A stretch of 63,609 nucleotides of DNA, the filler included, from Kipferlia bialata (Eukaryota): the NCBI GenBank assembly GCA_003568945.1. It is 3 parts of 3 records of this genome, joined end to end, with 100 filler letters (N's around TTAATTAATTAA, not from the genome) between each part and the next. Parts side by side here need not be neighbours in the genome. Positions count along the whole stretch, not along the records: positions 1 to 26,799 come from BDIP01000177.1; 2 more parts are not named here. One strand, given 5' to 3'. Positions 11,464 through 22,700 of this stretch are shown one piece after another. The notes beneath the pieces were generated by a model. The model searched no databases, was not told the origin of the DNA, and saw only the letters and a list, made by a program, of their open reading frames with translations. Numbering within the stretch: position 1 is the stretch's first letter; every line of letters begins with the position of its first letter. The position numbers and the translations under genes are program-made.

Positions 11464-11734
11464 CCCCCACACTTCACACTATACATCAATCTTTCTACTA
11501 CCCCCTCTATCTCTCCCTCTCTCTTATGCTGGGCCGATATTGGTGTCATCGCAACAGAGTACTCTCTCTCTCCCTCTCATTCATATATATGTATCTCTTA
11601 CCTCAGGCTGATATTGATGTCATTGCAGCAAAGTGCAGTTCCTCTCTCTCTCTCTCTCCCTCTCTCTCTCTATCTCACTCTCTCTCTCTTATACCTCAGG
11701 CTGACATTGATGCCATTGCTGCAGAGTGCACTTC

Positions 11735-11780
<46 letters not shown>

Positions 11781-11788
11781 TATACCAG

Positions 11789-13057
11789 GCGGATATTGAT
11801 GTCATTGCTGCAGAGTGCAGTGACGAGATTGAGCTGGAGGAGAGGCTGCTCAAGCTAAAGGTAATGCCGGATACATATAGATAGAAATATAGTATATATG
11901 TGTTGTATATGTTTATATGTATTGTATCTAGTTGTGTGATTGAGCTGGAGGAGAGGCTGCTCAAGCTAAAGGTATATCTGGTTTGAATATACACTATATA
12001 TGTGTAGTACATGTGTATATATGTATATGTAGTGATGAGATTGAGCTGGAGAGGCTGCTGAAGCTGAAGGGGTAACAATGGAAGAGCATGACCATGAGAC
12101 TGAGGAGTATATATATATACATATCAGCACTTCGTATTTACGTGAGTGTAGTGAAAATATCGATACTCTATATGTGTAGGTATTTTTTTATTTATTTCAT
12201 TCTTAGGAGTCCATGGACCAGCAGGACAGTGAGACTGGGGAGTATATACATATATCACCATATATATATATGTGTATGTGAGTATACAGTATAGGAGTGT
12301 ATACTATACTAACCCACTAGGAGAGTATGGACCAGCAGGACAGTGAGACTGGGGAGTATGGGGACGAGGGGCTGAATGCATTTGGAGAGGTGGCACCAGA
12401 GGATGAGGACAGGTACCTAGAAACATATTGATGGGTGTATTTTTATATATTGAGAGAGAGAGAGATAGAGAGAGGGGGGAGAGAGAGAGTATGCATTTGG
12501 AGAGATGACACCTGGGGAGGAAGATAGGTGTGACATTTCTATATATATAGAGTGAGGTTAGTATATGGCGTATCTACAATAACGATTTTGTGTATATTGT
12601 TCCTCTCACCCCAGGGAAGTGAGTCTGCCTCCTTATATATACATGTATATACATGTATAAACATAGACTTGTATATACATGTATAAACATGATATATACT
12701 TCACCATTTTCTATTTCATATGTACTATAACTCCTACATATATAGTATGTCTCACCCCAGGGAAGTGAGTGAGTCTGCCTCCTTCAACTTCGATGGCTTT
12801 GAGGCAGTGGCTAAGGTATTGTTGTATATATATATAGTAATAGTATAGTTATAATATAGTGTATATATATATATAATATGGTATATGCCTCCTTCAACTT
12901 CGATGGCTTCGAGGCAGTGGCTAAGGTATTGTTATATTATATATGTGTGATAGTACAGGTGTATTTTAAATTGTGATTCTTATTCTCTCTCTGCATACTT
13001 CTCACTCCAGCAACCGGCCACCCCTACGCAGAACCGGGCCGCATCTCCGGTACGTCA

Positions 13058-13097
<40 letters not shown>

Positions 13098-15285
13098 AGC
13101 CCCTTATTTCAGGCTGGAGACATGATGTCTTCAGGCAACCTCAACTCCACCCACCCACCTAGAATCAAGATAGAGACTCCCGCATTCCCAGAGACAGGTA
13201 TCTCTCTCTCTCTATCTCTCTCTCCTCCTACACCCTTCATACAAGACTGTAATATCAGTATTCCCAGACTATTGTCCCTCTCTCTCTCTCTCTCTGCCTA
13301 CCCCCCTTTTTACCCCAGACGATGAGGGAGAAAGGAAGGGGAAGAGCAGCCAGTGGTCCCAGGTATGGAGAGCGATGTATATACTCCTGTATATGACATT
13401 AATATGTATATGTGTGTCTCTATCTTATCTCGCAGGAGGCCGTGACCCCCAAGACCCTCTTCTGTGACAGGGATGACACATCCACACAGGCACTGCAGGT
13501 AAGACTACGTGAACCCATTCCCTCTCTCTCTCTCCCCCGCCCCCTCTCTATATATATTATTGTATGTTTGACGGGTGTATAGATAGATAGATAGATGATA
13601 CATATACCCCCCCCCCCCTCACCCCAGAGTGCCAGAGCAGGACAGAGAAGGCGAGAGAGGGCATTCCCTGAGGTGTCTCTGAGGTATGTATAGTGTATGT
13701 ATATGTATGTATTAGTGATTATGTGTTCATTGAAGGCTGGGATTGACAGAGAAACAGTGGAAATGAGAATGAAATGTATGAATATGTGAATTCACTATTT
13801 ATATGCTAATCCCAGAGAGACCTCTCGTGGAGGTAGCCTGCGTACCACAAGGCGTCGCAAGACCATAACCAGGTATATATACTTGGATGTATATCTTCCT
13901 CACCCATATTTCTCTTGATCTAGCCCCTTAATTCTCTTCAGCTAGACCCTTATTACCAGGCCTGCCATGTGGGATGCCGATGGTGATCAGCAGAGCTCCA
14001 AGCAGACTAGGGAGAGGGAGAGAGTCCACCTGGAGAAGTGGTCTAGACAGGTATGGACTCTCGTTTCAAATACTAACACTTGTTTCTTTGTTTTCCTTTG
14101 TTTTCTCTCTCTTGCTGACACAACAGGTGCCCCTTGGCGTGAGTGAGAGGGAGAGAGAGAGGCAGGAGAGAGAGAGAGCCGAGGTGGAGAAGGCCCTGGA
14201 GATGGAGAGGTGTGTAATACACTATGGTTTATATATTACATCATGATGCTGTTTTCTTTCTGTCATTGATACCTAGGTTCAGAGGTGGATCCGTGCCCCT
14301 TCTACTGACTGTGCACAAGATGGACTCATCTCCATCAAAGGTATACTATTAATATATAATTTATGTGTGTAGTATAGTATATATATATGTATATAGAGAG
14401 AGAGTATATGTATAGTATATGCTGTGCACAAGATGGACTCATCGCCATCAAAGGTATTACTCAATGATATGTATATATATGTGTGTTTATCTTATATACA
14501 TATGTGTGTAATGTGGATGTGAGATGTAGCATTAACCCTCAGGGCAAGGGTCTGGACACCTCTCCTCCATGATATAGGATACATAGATTATATAGTATTC
14601 ATCAGTGTATACAGTACACTATTCCTAAGTATGTATATAGTATACTTACCACTAGGGCAAGGGTCTGGACGCCAGAGGCTCTGTCGGTGAGAGGGAGAGG
14701 GAGAGAGACAGGGAGAGGGAGAGGACTGTGAGTCGGGAGGACAGAGACACTCAGAGTCTGAGGGGCAGCAGAAGGAGTGCTAGACACAGAAAGGGAATGA
14801 GCAGCAGGTAATATTTAGTTGTGTCTATATGGATGATATATATTTATATTGATATATTCAGGCCTGTCCTTAAGAAGTACATATTAATATATCATGTATA
14901 TATATTGTTGTATATATATATTAATAGTTATACTGACCCCAGGCCAGCCCTTGAGAAGTCCTCTGACTCCTCGAGTGATGAATCAGTATATTATACATCT
15001 ATATATATATACATATGAATATATATTTACAAATGTACATGTAAATTAATACCTGTGCTTACCCCAGGCCTGCCCTTGAGAAGTCCTCTGACTCCTCGAG
15101 TGATGTATCAGTAGATTGTGTATCTATCCATATATATACCATATACCATACTATATTTCATGGTAACGCCAGGCCTGCTCTTGAGAAGTCCTCTGACTCC
15201 TCGAGTGATGAGAGGGACAGGGAGTACAGCAGGGTGTCACACAGGTCATCTAGGAGGAGATCTAGGTAGTTACACACACACACAC

Positions 15286-15316
<31 letters not shown>

Positions 15317-15506
15317 GAGGGGGGGGTGATAGGGAGTACAGCAGGGTGTCACACAGGTCATCTAGAAGAAGGTCAAGGTATATACATACATATGTGTATA
15401 TATATTGACAGAGAGAGAGGGGGAGAGAGAGGGACAGGGAGTACAGTAGGGTGTCACACAGATCGTCTAGGAGGAGATCTAGGTATATACATAGTATATG
15501 TATATG

Positions 15507-15539
<33 letters not shown>

Positions 15540-16229
15540 GAACAGGGAGTATAGCAGAGTGTCACACAGATCATCCAGAAGGAGGTCAAGGTATATACAT
15601 AGATTGTCTACCTATAGATATTATATATCTCTACAAAGGTGGCTCACCCTTACTATAGTACCATTCAACAGTCATCATCTCACCCCCCAGCCGTGGCAGT
15701 AGCCACAGGAGCTACAGGAGTCGCAAGCACAGGTATCACACTCTGTATAGCACTCTCCAGTTACTCTCTCTCTCTCTCTCTCTCTCTCTCCCCCTCTCTC
15801 TCTCTCTCTCTCTCTCTCTATAGTATATCTGTCTCACTTTAGGCGCCACCGTCACCGCCACCACCACCACAGTGACTCAAGCTCAGAGGACTCAGGGTAC
15901 GTAGTGTGTTTTGTTATATGACTCATTTCGCTGTATATTTCTTTGATACTATGAAATAATGTATTGAGTGTCCTCACCCCCAGCCCTGCCCCCCTCCCTG
16001 CCAACTGTGTGACCATGGACCAGTTCAACGTGAGTGGTGTGTATATATGTATGTATGAATATACGTATGAATATATATACTATTGTTGTATATATGCAGG
16101 ATATCTCTTGTCAGCTGGATGTGTGTCCATGGACCAGTTCAACGTGAGTGGTCTCATCCCTCTCTCTCGCTCTCCTTTTCGTCTCTCACATGTCTATCTG
16201 CTGTCAGTCCCAGACCCTGACCATCTCTG

Positions 16230-16261
<32 letters not shown>

Positions 16262-16363
16262 CCTCTCTCTCTCTCCTGTGCATGTATACATACATATATA
16301 TATCCTCACTCCCAGACCCTTGTCCAGAGCATCCAGACCCTGACCACCTTTCTCTCTCTCTCC

Positions 16364-16395
<32 letters not shown>

Positions 16396-19069
16396 GTGTA
16401 TGTATATATATATATACTCACCCCCAGACCCTTGTCCAGAGCATCCAGACCCTGACCACCGAGTTCACATCATACAGGTATAGGGTTGTTCTCTATTACT
16501 ATATATAAATATTCTCAGTTTTGAATTGTTAGAGAGACACTCCCACTCTCAATGTATTTACTACATATGCCCTTTTTACCCCTCATGTCCACCATGGAGG
16601 ACAGGGTGTCCAAGATATATTCTCTCTCTCTCAATGTATGTACATATATACAATATATTTATACTAATCTACTATATATACCATTTTAACCCCCAAATCC
16701 ACCATGGAGGACAGGGTTTCCAAGATATGCTCTCTCTCTCTCTCTCTATAAATATATATATATCCCTCTCTCTCTATATATAAGTATATATAAATATATA
16801 TATATCCCTCTCTCTATATATATTTTTATATATGTATATATCCCCTCTCTCTCTCTATATATATATATCTAACCCCCCAGATCCACCATGGAGGACAGGG
16901 TGTCCAAGATGACCAAGGAGGTGGAGAGCAGGTATAGTAATATATATGTGTATACACTATATATGTATATGAATATAAATATATACCTACACATATCCAT
17001 TCTAACCTTCAGAGTCCAGTTCCTTGCCAAGCAGCTGGTTGAGACACTACATATACATATGTGTGTGTCTGTGTATATATACTTACCCAAGTGGCAACCT
17101 ATCTAACCCCCAGAGTGCAGTTCCTGGCCAAGCAGCTTGTGGAGATGAGTTGGATATGGATATTGTATATGTGTATGTATGAGTATATATATATTCACTA
17201 ACCCTTAGGGTGCAGTTCCTGGCCAAGCAGCTTGTGGAGATGCGTGGTGAGTACACCTCCAAGGTGGAGGCAGTGGTGACACAGATAGAGGAGATCAAGG
17301 AGAATGGAAGGTATGAGATATATATATATATATATATGATATATATATATATATATATATATATCTGTGTTTCTGGTTGTGACCCTGTTCTGTATAGTGG
17401 ATATGTCTCTGTATGTCTATATATACATTGTTTCTTTCTCAAACGCCAACCTCAGCGAGAGGGAGAAGGAGAGAAGTAGGGACAGAGAAAGGGAGAGAGA
17501 GAGATCCGTCTCTCCCTCATCAGACAGTGAGAGTGACAGAGAGAGGGAGAGGGAGAGAGAGAGAGAGAGGAAGAGAGAAAGAGAGAGAGAGAAGAAGAGA
17601 GGGAGAGAGAGCACGAGAGGGAGAGGCAGAGAGTCATCTCGCAGAGGGAGAGAGAAGGAGAGAGAGATTACCCTCAAGAGGCCTGAGTATGCGTACAACC
17701 CACAGATGTGCCACCCTGATATCAAGCTGGGCAACGAGAACACTATAGCTCAGAGACAGGTATAATAATATGTGTCTATGAGTGTATACGTTTGCTGTCT
17801 ATACAGATATCTAGCTACATATATACCGTCTCAGTAGTATAGTCCCTACGGCCCTCTGTCCCCTTTTGTTTCCCTGAATACCTGTGATACACATTAACAC
17901 AGTACCTCTCTAACTTCTTAGGACGGTGACTCTGGGTGGCACGGTGTGCACATTGGGGAGGAGTGGAGCAAGGGGATCAACACAATCACGTTCAAGGTAC
18001 TGATGCCTAATGATACATGTATATATATAGATAGGTAGATATATGTTTATATATATGATATATATAGACATATATATGTATCAGTGCATATATATGTGCA
18101 CATAGGGGAGTACGGGAATCAACACAATAACATTCAAGGTGCATACATAACGGATATGTGTATACTATGTGTGTATGTAAATACCCATATGGTCTCATCT
18201 CACTGTCAGATTGAGCGCCTGGCCAGCAACGGAGGCATCATGATTGGCATATGTAAGCCAGACGGCCCGTACGTATTGTGTGTATATATTATATATATCA
18301 CGTATTGAGAGTCACTCTGGTATAGTATACAGACAGTATCCTCATTCTCCCTGCCTCACTCCCTCACTGTCTCTCTCTAGCCCCTTACCCCAGTGTGGAG
18401 GGTATCTTCCACCAGAAGGACACCTGTGCACTGTTCAACGATGGCCACAAGGCAAAGGGAAACAAGGTATATCTATAGAGAGATAGATATATGAAAATGT
18501 ATATATATACTGTACCTTATGTATATACTCTATATATTCCATTATGTTATTTGCATGTGCCCTGTTCAACGATGGCCACAAGGCAAAGGGCAACAAGGTA
18601 GATATGTATCTATATATATAGATATACTTATATATATAGAGAGAGGGTAGCAGGTATATAGATAGATTAGTATGTGTGTACTATATATGTATGCCCTGTT
18701 CAACGATGGCCACAAGGCCAAGGGGAACAAGGTGTATACACACACAATGATAACAAACATAACTGTTGGACACAGTACATCGTAACTACTATTTTGCATT
18801 CGTTCTCTTATCGATAGATGCAGAAGTACGAGACTGGCAAGCCCTTTGATGATAGTATTGCTCCTCTGACTCCAGAAGAACGATACACTCTCTTTCCTTC
18901 ATTCAAGTCTTCGAGTTCCTTTCTTTGAGTTATTTTTCTTCTGTTCTCTCATCCCCAGATGCAGAAGTACGATACTGGCAAGCCCTTCACCCAGGGTGAC
19001 CTAGTGTCTCTCATAGCCAACATGGACAAGAGGTCACTGGGCTTCTTTGTGAATGGTGAGTGTGTACTA

Positions 19070-19104
<35 letters not shown>

Positions 19105-19246
19105 TGTCTCTCTTACCATAGGTGAGTATCTCCACACTGCCTTCGAGCGCATCCCCCGTACCGTTGTCCCCTACATGGAGATATGGGCTCCTGGTGATGC
19201 TGTCTCTGTGGTGCCCACACCTGAGAACCTACTCTCTGGAATGTAG
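11789..19246 (+). CDS. Large low-complexity/coiled-coil protein with C-terminal SPRY/B30.2-like domain; 5' end missing
   Basis: More than 20 in-phase exons ending ...HPDIKLGNENTIAQRQ|DGDSGWHGVHIGEEWSKGINTITFK|IERLASNGGIMIGIC...GKPFTQGDLVSLIANMDKRSLGFFVNGEYLHTAFERIPRTVVPYMEI; TAG 19244-19246. Confidence 0.75.
14935..15592 (+). repeat. Intronic partial-exon tandem 'echo' repeats around exon 15173-15265 (type example)
   Basis: Two or more upstream copies of acceptor+PALEKSSDSSSD and three downstream copies of DREYSRVSHRSSRRRSR+donor, separated by TA/GA-rich spacers. Confidence 0.9.
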
Positions 19247-19734
19247 TAGAGGCCATGTAGTAGAGAGAGAGAGAGAGAGAGAGAGCACGCTGTCTCTGTG
19301 GTACCCACACCCGAGGGTCTGCTCTCTGGAATGTAGGGAGTGAGGGGGAGTTCTCTCCCATGTATAAAGAGAGTATGTGCCCCTACTCTTTGCAGTGAAG
19401 GACAGTGTCTCTTTCACAGAGAGATCGTGATGTGAGATGAGTCTTACACACACGGTGTTTGTTGTATGTTTATGTATGTATGTGTATGTGATTTCCTATC
19501 GGCGTGGCACGGAGTAGTAGACTTAGAATAGATGTTTGGCGTCTGCGATATCTAGCTATCTATTACGCATCAGATGTGTTGTGTGGTGTCCCTGGTGAGG
19601 GTCTATTCTCTCCTATAACGCCTCAGATATATTGTGTATCCTGTCTCTTTGTACCCTTGAGAGAGTGACTTAGTTTGTAGAGGGTGGCCCCAACGTACTG
19701 TAGGCCTAGATCTTTGGCCAATCCTCCTGGTATA

Positions 19735-22700
19735 TTAGTTGAAGTTGTTAGATCTAAGCACCCTTAGTAATCCTGACATTGCCCTAGGTACATTATCATA
19801 TCTGGGCAACTCTGGGGAGTAACCAACATACATACTAAATTGAATTTTTCCTAGCGCTAGTAATAGCATCCATCTAATACTTTGCCTTCAATAGTATAGA
19901 AGCATTGGTACTAACCTAGTTGTTGTATGAGTGGCTCTATCACAGCAGATTGTAAGGTGGTCAGGGAACTGACTGACGGGGGATGCCTAGGGGGCCTGGA
20001 GAGTAAGAAGAAGAGGAAGGATACGAATTTACTAACTGTATATGATATATATGATATTGACCTCATATATATAGGTGCTCTATACCATATATGAATACCT
20101 CCACTCTGGACACCCCAGCTGTTGTGACATATGTGTCAATATGTGTCAACATACATCTATATCTGTCTACGTAGACATATGTGTCTATTATAGTCTATAA
20201 TGCAGAGTGGTATAATTATTATTGACAGTCTATATACCTCCCTCTCTTCCACTCCGGACACCCCAGTTGCTGGGATATGCCATACGTCAGAGTGTCAGTC
20301 TGGTGCCACACACGCACGTCCTTCCATATTCTGGGTGTCAATACAAGTGTAGATATAGAGAGACTTGTGCATCAATGGTCAATTGAACATTGTACCAGTA
20401 TTCATGGTCGTATTGTGTGATGTATCCTATGCTGACCTGTTGCTATACCATGGCCGCCGGATCCCTGCGTAACACGATATCGCTAGGACACCTCTGAGAA
20501 GAAGAGTCTGGAGCGTGCCTGGTATTGGTGTTGGTAAATACATTACTATGTGATGGATCACTATCCCTTTGACCGCTGTTTCACTATCACAGTACATATG
20601 TACATATATTGTATAGTACAGAGTACTGACGTCACAAGGTACCTAGTGGGCTACTGGGAGACGCCAGGCAACGAGGTAGGACGTCTTCCATCTGAGTTTT
20701 AGCGAGTTCATTAGGGCCATCAGTAGTATCTACTAGACACTAATTAGCAATTCCACGTTCACACAACACCGAAATGCAGGTTATACCTCAGGTCTCTGGA
20801 AGAGAAGTATTTGTGCTCTCTCTGCTGGATCCATGCTGCCTATCCACTGCCTGAACAGTACAATCTCCAGGATCAGTGATGGCAGAGAGTCATACTGAAG
20901 GCTTAAGAAGAGCTGGTCATGAGAAAGACACCCCATATAGATCCTATACTATTGAGTTTTAATAAGACACATATAGTCCATATCAAGCAAATGTGTCTTG
21001 CGTCTCATTACAGGTAATTGAACATATTGTATGTTGTGCAGATTCACTACATCACCTTCCGAAGCAGGTCACATGTACCCAATGGAAGCTTTGCTAGTAA
21101 GCCAGTCTGTTGTGCCAGAACAAGTACTACACTGCGGTAAAACTTTGTAGCAAAGTCATAAAGGTTCTCATGAGTATAGATGGAATGTGCATCAGTCAAT
21201 GAGAGTCAATTTTACTGTGGGTGAAAATGTGCAATACATACCCAGCGGTGTGTCTCATTGTGGCCATATCCCTGTGGAGGCAACCCACCGTGTGTACCCG
21301 GCTGTCCTTGGATAAGTATCAAAGATAAGACAAAGAGACAGGCAAGAGAAGAAGAGAGTTAAGACACACACATGTGATCATGGATTGTTGCGCATAACCG
21401 TATACTGTATTGCAGTGGTTAAAGTCGTGTTCTGTCACATAGTTCTGCATCTCGTTATATCGCTCGAACCTGCGCCGTGTTGGAGGCGCACTTGAAGTTG
21501 TCTATCTCGTGACTGGTTGCAGCGAGACACAATAGTAACACGCAATGTACGGGACAGTACAGGGAACCACCGGTGCTAGCCCTGGTTGTTAGCGGAGAGG
21601 ATCTCACATTGCAACACGAATACCACGTATGACAAAGGGGGGCCTGACTCTGGCTTGAAATAGTCACGATTTCTGTATATATAGGGTCACTCGTGAGCCC
21701 TGGGGCCTGAGTCAGGCCCGGCTTGACTCACACATACTCGGATACCTTATAGCATGGACTATATGGTGTATGACTTGTACGGCGTCCAGTGCACGTAACG
21801 CATATTGTTCCTGTGTATCTTCAAGGAATCTGACATTAGGATGGAAGACTATCAGTGTTGCGTAGTAGATCATATATACTCTATATACTATACAATATGT
21901 GTTCATACTACATCATTGTGGCACATACCTTGCTTTCAATGACAACAGAAACCGACTGAAGTCCAACTCTCTAACTCCTGCAGTTCCTAGTCCTGTTATT
22001 AACAACAGAGTATTTGCGTTCAGGTGTGATAGCACAAGACGAGTATTACACTTACAAGCCTCGATCGATTGAATACTATACACGTGGGTGGCGTACCTAT
22101 AGACCGAAAGAGATACATTGTTCCCGCTTCGAATCCTCGGTATCCTGAGATATGATCCAGGTAGCTCACATCGTAGTCAAGTGAAGCTCGGAATTGCTCC
22201 AGTGCTTGCCTGCATGGTTAGACTTACAATTATTCGGTTCTCCCGAATTTCTAACGTGAAGACAGTACCTTGCCCTGTCGTGTCTCAAGAGGGTCTGATA
22301 GGCAAAGCCAAACTCCTTGCAGGATAGGGTAGACGCTATCTGAATGGGGTGGCAGAACAACGTGTGTGGCAGTCTAGGGATGTACCTGTGAGAATTAGTC
22401 CCACAGTAACCCATTTGTCAAGTGTTTGGTATATACAATTGTATGCAATAGTTGTGTAAATGGAAGAGAGATAGATGGATATCTACTATGGCGAACCTCG
22501 TTGTGGTCGCCACAGGTATAAGGTTGGAACCCCTAGAGTGCAAAGATTGCATCGAGAAACCATTCAAGTGGCGACGACAGCCAGGTACAGGTAATCTCAC
22601 GAAGCTTTCTGTAGATGATAGATCCACCGAAGATCTCTTCTTCTGGCGTCGCCTCTCCAACCTCTGATTCATGGCGATAAGCATCTTCAGAGTCTCCCTG

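Noticed and set aside
14935..15592. Echoes as mutually exclusive alternative exons
   Set aside because: Each copy has only one splice boundary, so it cannot act as a conventional cassette exon.
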